A stretch of 64,000 nt of DNA from Eledone cirrhosa (Eukaryota). Position numbers and translations under genes: made by a program. The stretch's first letter is position 1; each line of letters opens with the position of its first letter. The notes below the pieces were generated by a model that ran no database searches, was not told the origin of the DNA, and was given only the letters and a program-made list of their open reading frames with translations. Below are positions 1 to 11,738 of this stretch, piece by piece. The DNA is taken from assembly GCA_964016885.1 (NCBI GenBank), contig OZ024741.1, positions 234,980,001 through 235,044,000 of the forward strand, in the 5' to 3' direction.

Positions 1-354
1 TGGTTCGGCAACGACATGGTATGAAGGATATATATTCAAGTTCTCTTATTCCAAAGAATTCTCTCGATGACGGAATTGCAATTTTTCCAATATTGTTTAT
101 TCCAATGTCTTGGGATGATTAATGTTTTTTGAATTCCAGAAACGATTGTTGGGGAAGTGTATGAGTAAAACTGACTAACTTTAGTCGCTCTAGCTTACAT
201 CCTCTCAAAATTGAGATTTTGGCTTAAGCTTAATATATTATATTTGTTATGTATATAGATTGGGTGATTTAGTAAGTTTGTGGTTTATTGAGGAAGGTAC
301 CAATACCTTAACATGGATCCTGAGCCACCCGTCTGCGAAACGGTGATAACTGTG

Positions 355-1050
355 CGTGGGCGCATAATGGGAAAATACTTGGAAAGGAAGTTACCCCTGA
401 AATGAGAATACAAATGGAATAAAACAAGTTTCGAGTAAATCGGACTACGGGTTCCCGGGATATGGTTTTTTTCGGGGTACCTTCATAAACAAAGAGATAG
501 AGAAATATAGAGGGGAAGAGATAGTGGTTGTGAGAGAGTAGATTGAAAGAGAGGCATAGAGAGTGGGAGAGGACATAGAGAAGGATAATGGAAGAGAGCC
601 GGTGGTGTTGTTGTGTATATATATATATATGTGAGTGTGTGTATATATATATATATGTGTGTGTGTGTGTATATACACATACACATTTTTATATACATAC
701 ACACACGTATATATATGGGCCTTCCAGTTTCATTTCACATTATATACATGTCTGTGTATATTTTAATTATTTAAACATTATTTTTAAGGGAACATGATTT
801 AAAAAAAAATATTTTCAAGTGAACGTGACCCAACGGGTCACGGGTGGTCTAGTATAATACTAAAACTCTGGAATTGCTTGCTTGCGTGCTTGTCTATAAT
901 TGTACTACAGTCAAAAGGGCGCATAATGGGACAATACTTTGAAAGGAAGTTGACCCTGAAATGGGAATACAAAGGGAATAAAACAAGTTTCGCGTAAATC
1001 GGAGCACGTGTACCCTAGATATGGGGTTTTTCCGGGTACCTTCATAAAGA
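355..1050 (+). mobile_element. Probable non-autonomous Helitron-like element, two tandem partial copies; 3' end at 852
   Basis: Hairpin CGTGACCC-aac-GGGTCACG (824-842) followed by CTAG|T (849-853). Diverged direct repeat ~360-490 vs ~919-1048. Confidence 0.5.
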
Positions 1051-1341
1051 GAGAGAGAGAGAGAGAGCGAAAGATAGAGAAAAAGAGATAGTGGCTGTGA
1101 TAGTGGTTATCGAACCAACCAACCAACCGGAAGTTTATAATAAATTAAAGTGAAAACCGTCAGGTGCGTGTGTTTTTATTGGCAACATGACCCTCCCAAA
1201 GTATAACAATATATGTATATATTGTCTTTAATGCATAGAAATATCGATGATCTCCAACAGACAACTGATGAAGGAACATTATCCCCCGTTCGTGCTTCCC
1301 TCTTATTTATAAATACACCTTATCCAGCAACTACACAACCC

Positions 1342-1406
<65 letters not shown>

Positions 1407-1820
1407 TCTGTATATATATATATATATATACATCTCCACCAACAACACACTTCACACCCACACATACGCAAACGCACCGAAATGTGCACCCCACCTACAC
1501 ACAGACACCCATGGCACGCCGGTGTCCCCCTCCCCAGACTCAATATGATGCCGACCACTCCTCCTCTCTCCTTCTTAGTATTCTTATTTTAATTTTTTAT
1601 TTTTATAATTTCTTCCTAACGTTATTTCAACTACCACACTTTACCTTTCATCCTTACGGGGTCGATAAAATAAAGTACCAGTAATGCACTGGGTAATTGC
1701 TGGCCTTGTGCCTAAAGTCGAAACAGTTATTTCAACTACCATTTAATTAATTTTATTTTTTGCTTTTTTCATTCTTTAACGTTTTTTTTTTTTTCTTCGC
1801 TATTTTACTTTTGTGTTATG

Positions 1821-1855
1821 CCCGATGAAGGACAAATGCTCGATACGTTGACTAT
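1821..1855 (+). ncRNA. Degenerate minimal hammerhead ribozyme (Penelope pLTR-like)
   Basis: CCGATGA-AGGAC-aaat-GCTC-GATA-CGTT; a decayed version of the motif at 50539-50574. Confidence 0.4.
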
Positions 1856-1922
1856 GTAACTCCTTCTCCAAGTGTGAAACTAATACACTTTATGTTATTG
1901 CATCTTCTAGTTCGTTCGTATG

Positions 1923-2001
<79 letters not shown>

Positions 2002-2025
2002 TATATATATATATATATATATATA

Positions 2026-2281
2026 TGGAAAGTTATATTTAAATTGTTGGGTTACAACTAGTAAATATTTATAACTGATATAAAAGCACTCGACAAGTAT
2101 TTGGAGTATATTTACGATATTAAATAAATGGAAACTATATTTATAAAACCATATTTATTTCATTATATATATTTCAGGGATAACATATTAACAATATGCT
2201 ATGCCTTCCTTGTTATCCCTGAAATATATATAATGAAATAAATATGGTTTTATAAATATAGTTTCCATTTATTTAATATCG

Positions 2282-2283
<2 letters not shown>
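2026..2283. mobile_element. Family A fold-back Penelope-like insert between (TA)n tracts
   Basis: Inverted arms; homologous to 5186-5669, 23243-23650 and 41580-42088. Confidence 0.75.
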
Positions 2284-2315
<32 letters not shown>

Positions 2316-2570
2316 CTGTATATATATATATATATATATACTGTATATATATATATATATATACAGTATATATATATATTTTATTATTTTAAATCGATAT
2401 GGACAAACTGTAGTATAATAATTAGTATACTTCAATCTGGCTAAATTTTTCTTTTGCAATATATATACAGATGTGTTGGTATTTGTGTTTCATCACTTAC
2501 ATATTAATTTATACACTGCTCATGGGATATTTTTCCTCATTCGAGCTGATTCCATTGTAAAAGAATTCAT

Positions 2571-2656
<86 letters not shown>

Positions 2657-3573
2657 ATACATGCACGTTAGTGTATTTTGGTGAGTTTATGTGGTAGTTG
2701 GTCTGTGTATATGAATCTGTTCATGCGTATGTATGTAGGTATCATAATATATATTATATTAAAACTTTGCATATACAGAGAGAGAAATCTAACATGACTA
2801 CTCCGAGATACACAAAGGAGTCAGATTCCACGCGAAGTACTTCGTGGAATTCAAGGTAGTTTTGGCAGATAAGTTTGTCACATGATGTATGACGTGTTTC
2901 TTATGGATTATTGCTGAAATTATGACCTGTCATTCTAACATTTTTTTTTCTTTTACGTTTTCACTTCGATATTAAATTTTTGATTTTTGTATAGTATTTG
3001 TAATATTTGTAATATTTGTAATATTTACTGTAATATATATTCTCTGCCAAGCAAAGTCCAGAGATTTTGACACCTCCTCTGCAAGTTTTGGCAGGCGATC
3101 CACTTCATCCATTTTATTTCAATATTATTTTTGCCTTACATCTTTTCCTTACTTTCGATTTTTTAATAGCTTAGTCAAAGTAGGAGAGCTGCAGCCCATG
3201 ATCTTTTCCATGACATCTCGGAATGGTGGTAGAAAGGAGCAGAATGGTTGCAACTGATAGGACTCCGATACTAAAGATACCAAAGGAGACGTGGTTATTA
3301 AACTGGGAGACATATTAAACTTACCAATTAAAGAACAAGAAAGGTCCCTTCCAATTCCGACGGGCTTCCTCACAGTTTCCGTCTACCAAGAGTTTAGTCA
3401 ATCCGAGTCTACGTATAAGGATTTCTAGAAAAATTACTTTGATGCGAAACCATCAGTGTTATATCCAGGCTCGTCACCACAGTTTTGTGCTCGGCAGATG
3501 TGGTGGGAATGGAATGACTATTTCAGGACATATTCTATTAACTCCTTTTTTTAATTTGAGGGTTTGAGAGTGC

Positions 3574-3680
<107 letters not shown>

Positions 3681-3994
3681 TCATTGACGTCAGACTTAGT
3701 TATATCTAGTAACCATGTATTTGTTAAAGTTAGTATTTTCTTCTGCATGTATATAGTTTATAGCGTATCCTGTTATATTAACCCTGCCACTCATTATACA
3801 CATTTTAAAGGCATTAGAATATCATTTTGTAATAGTTATTTTATACATTGTCCTTAGATAGGTGCTGAAAATGTAAACAATATTTTTTTATATGGCCGCT
3901 GTTGTTTCAGAGAGAATATTTGTATTGGACGATTGTTTAGTGAATGTAAAAAGGGTTTAAAACGTTGCTAAAACTTCTCCTTTTTGTTTACGTT

Positions 3995-4249
3995 TATATC
4001 AAGTTCACTTCAAAATTTTCAAGGTTCTTAAACTGGGATGAGAGAAGATCTGTTTTGTGATTTGAAGCCGACGAGTCAGACGTAAATGTGTAAGTTTGTG
4101 GGTGTATTAAGTTTTTCTTTAGTCCTGCATTATCTTATGTTTCAATGACGTAAACACGTACGTCTGACTCGTCGGCTTCAAATCACACAACTGATCTTCT
4201 CTCACCCCAGATTAAGAAACTTGAAAACTTTGAAGTGAACATGATATAT
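3995..4249. repeat. Fold-back element / MITE-like inverted repeat
   Basis: ~95-bp arms (3995-4090 vs 4152-4249), e.g. GTGATTTGAAGCCGACGAGTCAGACGTA / TACGTCTGACTCGTCGGCTTCAAATCAC. Confidence 0.75.
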
Positions 4250-4517
4250 CACGGGCGGTGGAATCATTTCTGAATTGGTGCGGGGTGCAAATTTGGACAA
4301 TCTGGTTGTAGTGATTTATTTAGGTCTTTCCACTCTAAAATGGTCAGAAAACTTCGATATGCGATAAACATAACATGTACATAAATTGTAGCGCATATCC
4401 AAATAGATGTGTGTTTTGGTAGTTTGGGGAGAAAAATATAATTATTGCCTTCATATAAACCTCAATTATGAATCTTGCTATGTTATATATATGTACATAT
4501 ATATATATATATACACA

Positions 4518-5024
4518 CAGTTGTCCCCTGGTATTCGCGGGGGCTTGCGTTCATAGAACACCCGCCGCGAAGAGTGAAAGATTGTGAATATTGGACGTGG
4601 ACCATAAAAATACCTATAAACGTGAAAACATAACGTAAAATATAGGCCGGCAAATACGGTATGTGGTTATTAATAATTGTTTCTACTTTAGGCATAAGGC
4701 CAGCAATTACCCAGTGCATTACTGGTACTTTATTTTATCGACCCCGTAAGGATGAAAGGCAAAGTCAACCTCGGCGGGATTTGAACTCAGATCGTAAAGG
4801 GACGTAACTATGCTGGAAAGCATGGCGTCCGACCCTCTACCGATACTGCCAATCCACGCGTGGTTATTAATAATTTAGTGTTAAAAGACGTGAAAATATA
4901 TATATTGCCACGAAAAAAGCCATAAAATAAATGCGGAAAATATTTACGATTCCGCGAAATTTGGTGATTTCCACGAACAATTATTAGTTAAGTTCTAAAA
5001 AGAAATCTGCGAATGCTGGGGGTA

Positions 5025-5028
<4 letters not shown>
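4518..5028. mobile_element. Tigger/pogo-like MITE interrupted by a SINE
   Basis: Imperfect TIRs CAGTTGTCCCCTGGTATTCGC / GCGAATGCTGGGGGTACACT in TA-rich flanks. Confidence 0.55.
4677..4858 (-). mobile_element. tRNA-derived SINE
   Basis: B-box GAGTTCAAATCC and core TTGCCTTTCATCCTTACGGGGTCGATAAAATAAAGTACCAG; GTGGTTATTAATAAT duplicated on both sides. Confidence 0.85.
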
Positions 5029-5080
<52 letters not shown>

Positions 5081-5150
5081 TCTACGGTTCTTATATATTT
5101 GATATATATTTATCCTTATCGAGCCCTCTTTGGATTTTAGTCTTCAAATT

Positions 5151-5185
<35 letters not shown>

Positions 5186-5189
<4 letters not shown>

Positions 5190-5669
5190 AAAGTTCTATT
5201 TAAAATGTTGGGATACAACAAGTAAATATTTTTATAACTGATATAAAGCACTCGACAAGTATTTGGAGTAGATATACGATATTAATAAATGGAAACTATA
5301 TTTATAAAACCATATTTATTTCATTATACATATTTCAAGGATACCAAGTTAAATTATGGTATGCCTTCATCAGACAAAATACAATATATACCAGTTTTAC
5401 AAATAAGTATTGACGTACCCTTTCAAAATGCGACCATTACTTTTGGAGGACAAAATGCGACCATTACTTTTGGAGGACATCACTATCCTGATGTCCTCCA
5501 AAAGTAATGGTCGCATTTTGAAAGGGTACGTCAATGCTTATTTGTAAAACTGATATATATTGTATTTTGTCTGATGAAGGCATACCATAATTTAACTTGG
5601 TATCCTTGAAATATGTATAATGAAATAAATATGGTTTTATAAATATAGTTTCCATTTATTAATATCGTA
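5186..5669. mobile_element. Family A fold-back Penelope-like insert with a hammerhead on each arm
   Basis: Near-identical inverted arms flanked by (TA)n; hammerheads at 5317-5381 (-) and 5563-5627 (+). Confidence 0.85.
5563..5627 (+). ncRNA. Type-I hammerhead ribozyme
   Basis: UAUUUUGU-CUGAUGA-AGGcAUACCA..UGGUAUCCUU-GAAA-UAUGU-AUA-AUGAAAUA; 8-bp stem I. Confidence 0.8.
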
Positions 5670-6459
5670 TATATATATATATATCACACTTGTATATATA
5701 TATATATATATGGGGAGGTGGACCTGTTTAGAAAACGGCGAGTGGAATTTGAAAATCGAATCAGATTTCGTTGTAACTTTGACTAAATAAAACCGTCTGA
5801 TAATAACGGGGCGTATAAACCCAGGGAACGGGAAAAGTTGGGCATGAACATATTGCGTTACTATTACGCCAATAACGCACTTGTCCAACAAACAAAAGGT
5901 GTGGGTTCGACTCCCGCGTGTGCTGATACCAATCTTTTCCCGTTCAGTGAGTTTATATTCGCAGTTATGGCGAAATCTTCTAATTCAATATGTATATGGG
6001 GAAATGGGGCGTGTATGTTTGTGTAAATAAATGTGTATTACGTGTTTAAGTAGTGTGCGTGTATGATGTGTATATATGTGATAAGTATGTATATAGTATG
6101 TATGCGTAATGCGTAAGAAAATAAAAGTAAAAAAGGAGATAGAAGGAAGAGGTGGGAGTAAAAAGATGTGACGGGTATAAGACAGGATGCTTCAATGTTT
6201 TTATGAAAAAGGGGAAGACCTAGTTAGTGGGCGTGTATTGTGTATGGTACCTACATATATAGACACTTATCTGGTATATTTTACGAGGTGGGGAGCAGTC
6301 CACTTTGTGTGGGTGGGTGGTATATGTGTTTATATCACATCGCTTATCCACATACCTTTTGTTTACACGCTCTGCCTCACTATCCCCCTCTCTCATTCCA
6401 CACACACATTTGTTCGTGTATATGCTTGTATGCGTATGTATATATTTACATATATATAT

Positions 6460-6495
<36 letters not shown>

Positions 6496-6754
6496 CACAC
6501 GCACACACACACACATATATATATAAATATATACAGGGTGTCCCCAAAAGGTATTATATAAATATATACAGTATATATATATAGGGGAGGGTCATATTTG
6601 TGTAATAATATTGCCAGAATGAATAACAGAACACACTCACTGTTTGGTTGGTTTTCGCTTCTGTGTCTTTTATATCGGTTAATTTAATTTATTCGCTCCT
6701 CAATATTTACCATTGACTGACCAACGGTCAAAAATACAGATACAATATAGACAC

Positions 6755-8336
6755 AAACACATATATATAGTCTATTAAAGTTCTTTCGTTGCACATCTGC
6801 AACATCGTCAGTGGTGCTATTATGTTTCCCCCTGTTGTATTGTATGCCTACGCCATCTTTATTTAGTTTGTTTATTTATTTATTTATTTATTTTTGTCTT
6901 CTCTGCGCATGCGTTTGCGTGTGTGTGTTCGTGTTTGGGTGACTGTGTATTGGTGTTTGGGTGACTGTGTATTGGTTATTGTATTCTATCTTAGTTTACT
7001 AGTGTGTGTTTATATGTGTTTGTTGTTATTGTGCTTGTGTATGTATTTATTTATACTTCTCTTAGGTCAGTAGTGTTTGTTTGGTGTTGTTGTTATTCCA
7101 TTCATTTTTTCTGTTTAGCCTTGGCCTTCTAAGTTCTATTTCGCTGGTCTCTCTGATTTGCCTATCTGCTGGGTCATTTCTATGTTTAGATATTATTCTA
7201 ATTTCTATGTTGTCTATGTTACCGTCGTGTTGTTGTCTGGCATGTTCGTATAGTACTGAACCGTTTTTTCGTCCTTTTAGTCCCCCCCCCCCCCCAATGT
7301 TGGTCTATCCTTTCACCTATGCTACGAGTTGTCTCGCCTATGTATGAAGGAGCCACGGAGAAGTATAAGACCATAGAACCGGACATGAAAGGAATTTGCC
7401 CATTATACAGGAACAAATCATGGAATAGCTTAGATAGGACTAGCCATAAGTTAGGGAAAGCCACCTCATGGTACGACAACCAGAGATACCAGAGTGTCAT
7501 ATTTGTGGACGCTACCCATGGAGGGAAATTAGCTAACCAGTGTAGAAAGGCCCTGAGAAAGACCCACTTAAAGATTAAGCTGGTAGAAAAGCCAGGAATC
7601 ACCATAAAATCCCTGATCAGCAAAACCTACCCTTTTAAGAAAACCCACTGTACTAATAGGAAATGTATTATATGTAAAGTAAACCCCGGATAAACTGTAA
7701 AACTAGAAACGTAGTCTATAGCATAAGATGTACAGAGGGTACTTGCAGAAACATGACAACAACATACATAGTCGAGACAGCTCGTAGCATAGGTGAAAGG
7801 ATAGACCAACACTGGGGGGAACTAAAAGGACGAAAAAACGGTTCAGTACTATACGAACATGCCAGACAACAACACGACGGTAACATAGACAACATAGAAA
7901 TTAGAATAATATCTAAACATAGAAATGACCCAGCAGATAGGCAAATCAGAGAGACCAGCGAAATAGAAATTAGAAGGCCAAGGCTAAACAGAAAAAATGA
8001 ATGGAATAACAACAGCACCAAAACAAACACTACTGACCTAAGAGAAGTATAAATAAATAAATAAATACATACACAAGCACAATAACAACAAACACATATA
8101 AACACACACTAGCAAACTAAGATAGAATACAATAACCAACACACAATCACCCAACCACGACACACATCAAACACTACACACACACGCAAACGCATGCGCA
8201 GAGAAGACAAAAAAAAACAAATAAATAAATAAATAAACAGACTAAATAAAGATGGCGTAGGCATACATAATAGCACCACTGACGATGTTGCAGATGTGCC
8301 ACGAAAGAACTTTGTTAGACTATATATATGTGTTTA
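6755..8336 (+). mobile_element. 5'-truncated Penelope-like element with inverted 5' copy of its 3' end
   Basis: 6755-7345 is the inverse of ~7770-8336; CUGACGA-UGUUGCA-gaug-UGCMAC-GAAA hammerhead-like core in both arms. Confidence 0.85.
7346..8052 (+). pseudogene. Penelope ORF C-terminus: Cys-rich linker and GIY-YIG endonuclease (frameshifted)
   Basis: CTNRKCIICK..NCKTRNVVYSIRC..TYIVETARSIGERIDQH..EHARQQH..RQIRETSEI..LNRKNEW; the inverted copy reads YIGETTRS. Confidence 0.85.
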
Positions 8337-8392
8337 CTCTTTTCCCGGTTCCAGCCATCTGGCTGAGGCCATGCTGGGGCACCGCCCTTGCA

Positions 8393-8482
8393 AAAAATAT
8401 GGAACGCTTCACGAATTTGCGTGTCATCCTTGCGCAGGGGCCATGCTAACATTCTGTTTCGTTCCAATTTTAGAATATGCAC

Positions 8483-8486
<4 letters not shown>
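8393..8486 (-). pseudogene. U6: U6 snRNA retrocopy, 5'-truncated, ACAGAGA box altered
   Basis: Minus strand reads GGCAGTGCATATTCTAAAATTGGAACGAAACAGAATGTTAGCATGGCCCCTGCGCAAGGATGACACGCAAATTCGTGAAGCGTTCCATATTTTT. Confidence 0.95.
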
Positions 8487-8576
<90 letters not shown>

Positions 8577-8825
8577 GAAAATAGAGAAATAAATGTGAGC
8601 AAGAAGCCAACAGTATTTCATAATATATAAATGACTATAACGTCAAAATGGAAAATAATTAACGTAAGATATGGGAAAATAATTCAAACTTAATTTTAAA
8701 AAAATCAAGACAGAGATTTTATCCACAGATTTTGTGAAATCCAGGGAAAAAAACCAATAGAGTCTTAACTCAGAATAAAATAAAGTTTAAATACTCATCC
8801 TTCAATTTGGAATATATATATATAT

Positions 8826-8987
8826 AGGAACAAGTAAGACCCCGACGGCTGAGCTCAAGCCGTTTCGACGGCTAATTCTGGACCAGCCGTCGGGGTCTTA
8901 CTTGTTCCTATTACCCACTCTACTACCCTAAGTATTGAGTACTTTGGTGCGTTATGGTCCACCTGGTTCCTTACCACATTTCCTTCG

Positions 8988-8990
<3 letters not shown>
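8826..8990. mobile_element. Family B fold-back insert (hammerhead 3' half with long stem III plus bulged hairpin)
   Basis: GAAA-CGGCU..AGCCG-UC-GGGGUC; relatives at 13510-13680, 41230-41555 and 44145-44284; (TA)n flanks. Confidence 0.75.
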
Positions 8991-9043
<53 letters not shown>

Positions 9044-9127
9044 TTGTGTATAATGGTAGCTATGGTGCTTCCATAGGCGGTATGCCAAAATTATCACTCA
9101 ATATTCAGCAGAGTAGAGTGTAGATAG

Positions 9128-9692
9128 TATAAAGAAAACGAAAAATCAATGATGTATCTGGACTCAATTTATTGCGTGTTACAATTGTTTCGCCGACAGG
9201 TAGCTCGAGACATGGCCCCTGTATGGATCTGGCTGATTCTACGACTGCAGGTTCCTTCAGACACGGGTAGTTCGTTCGGAGCAAATTTTATCACTGGGGT
9301 GTTATCATTAAAAAAACACCCTAAAAAAATCTCTTCCACTCTTGTCATGCCATTGGCTGTTGTTACTCCACGTCATCTTAAGTTCTGGTCTCTATTTACT
9401 GCTACACGGGTCATCGGCCATTTTCCGTCCGACACACGTCAATGGAGTCATGCTGGGTTCGGTATCTCACACGTCTGTTCACACTCCAGAGCATGCACCC
9501 ACACATACAAATACACACACACATACACATACACTGCCTGTTCCTCAGGCAGTGTGTTCCTTAGATACGTCCAGTGACTTCGAAGCAAATGCTAGAATAG
9601 ATCGTACCACGAGCTGTTCGCCGGAGAAACAATTGTAATACGTTAACAAATTGTGTTCCGATGCATCACTGATTCTTCGTTTTCCATATTAT
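9128..9692. mobile_element. Diverged fold-back insert with hammerhead remnants
   Basis: Inverted arms 9128-9215 vs 9608-9692 with GAAAC-AAUU-GUA; related to 22550-22940. Confidence 0.6.
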
Positions 9693-10236
9693 ATATGTAT
9701 ATAATAAGTTGACGGGACCAGTATGGATTTCATTGTTAGTACTGGTTGCATCTCAGCGTACTCAATAGGTAATGTTACGTAACATCCCAGAGTAGACACA
9801 TAGTTATTCACTTCAATACAACACACGTAAATGAGTACCTGCAATCTATACCCATACTCGAATTTTGGCTACACTTAATGCAGCAGTATAGTGCACAGCA
9901 TGCACTGTCTGCATTTATTATGCAACAATGCACAATCGGCGCATGTGGCTTCATCAACGGGTTTCGCCTAATCAATAACCAATCGATCGATAGAATTCGA
10001 TTCCAGTCCGTGTTTGCTAAGACAGTGAATGTGACGGTCAACACAGTAAAACATTAGCAACTGAAATCCCTAGGTGTCATCACAATGCCGCCAACCGATT
10101 GGCTATTGGTTCAGAAATTTATGTGACGATAGGAGACGAAATTCAAATTGTTCCGCTCCCGCCATAAGCACTCAGCCAACGCATCACAAACACAAATTAA
10201 CAAGCGAGAGAAAACCGTCTCCAATCGCTGTACGCG

Positions 10237-10420
10237 GTGGATTGGCAGTATCGGTAGAGGGTCGGACGCCATGTCTTCCAGCATAGTTACGTCCCTTTAC
10301 GGTTCTGAGTTCAAATCCCGCCGAGGTTGACTTTGCCTTTCATCCTTACGGGGTCGATAAAATAAAGTACCAGTAATGCACTGTGTAATTGCTGCCCTTG
10401 TGCCTAAAGTAGAAACAATT
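10237..10420 (+). mobile_element. tRNA-derived SINE
   Basis: A-box TGGCAGTATCGG, B-box GAGTTCAAATCC and family core. Partial copies at 1643-1728, 13428-13487, 15057-15163(-), 17655-17796(-), 47458-47580(-). Confidence 0.9.
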
Positions 10421-10519
10421 ATATATATATATATTGTACAGCGATTGGAGACTGAGTTTCAGAAGATCCAGTTAAGGGTCAAAGCAGTGATTCTTTGCTT
10501 AAACTTTAATCTGTTATTT

Positions 10520-10561
<42 letters not shown>

Positions 10562-10563
<2 letters not shown>

Positions 10564-11145
10564 GGAAAAAATGAAATTTCATGTCTCACTCTTAGTACGG
10601 CTGATACTTAAATGTAAGTATGTATACGTACATACATATATGTATACAGACGTACAGTAGTATGTATATACATACATACATAAATGCACACATATATATA
10701 TGTACATATGGGTTTACCGAACATTTATTATAATGTTCGGTTTGTTTGTAAACAAACAGCCTGAATTAAGCCGTACAGTGTCCGGCAACTATCGTTGCCC
10801 TTTTGTTCAACACTGACAAAGGAACGATGAACTAGTTTCTAGCTTATTAGCTGTCATCAGCACCGTATACCTTCCTATCAGTCTATTGAACGTTTGAAAG
10901 TATATACTTTCCTTATGCATATTAACGGCTGAGCAGGGAGTACCGAAGACGATATATGGAAAAAATGAAATTTAATTTCTCACTCTTAGTACGGCTGATA
11001 CTTAAATGTAAGTATGTATACGTATATACATATAAGGGTAACGATGGTTGCCGAACACTGTACGGCTTAATTCGGGCTGTTTGTTTACAAACAAACAAAC
11101 CGAACATTATAATAAATGTTCGGTAAACCCATACGTACATATATA
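10562..11145. mobile_element. Hammerhead-containing insert with direct and inverted duplications
   Basis: Direct repeat 10562-10640/10957-11035; inverted repeat 10695-10800/11035-11145. Confidence 0.65.
10825..10865 (-). ncRNA. Minimal type-I hammerhead ribozyme
   Basis: CGGUG-CUGAUGA-CAGCU-aaua-AGCUA-GAAA-CUA-GUU-CAUCG; palindromic stem III ACUAGU. Confidence 0.75.
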
Positions 11146-11218
11146 TATATGTGTGCATGTATGTATATACATACTACTGTACGTCTATATACATATATGT
11201 ATGTACGTATACATACTT

Positions 11219-11317
<99 letters not shown>

Positions 11318-11327
11318 GCATATATAT

Positions 11328-11674
<347 letters not shown>

Positions 11675-11738
11675 GTTCACCAGAGTGAGGACTCGATGCG
11701 TAGTTGCCAGTAAGTATAGAGGTGTAGAACAAAGTAGA

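Noticed and set aside
2026-2283. Fold-back inserts read as TA-target MITEs
   Set aside because: Arms are unequal, internal junctions differ between copies of one family, and the arms carry hammerheads.
5289-5655. Repeated small ORF METIFIKPYLFHYTYFKD.. (also 41682, 41880)
   Set aside because: Antisense to the hammerhead of a multicopy repeat; it recurs only because the DNA is repeated.
8393-8486. Functional U6 gene
   Set aside because: 5' stem truncated, ACAGAGA region altered, and (TA)n in place of an upstream promoter.
9705-10050. Possible MITE with GTTGAC.. termini
   Set aside because: Terminal match too short and imperfect; no second copy in the window.
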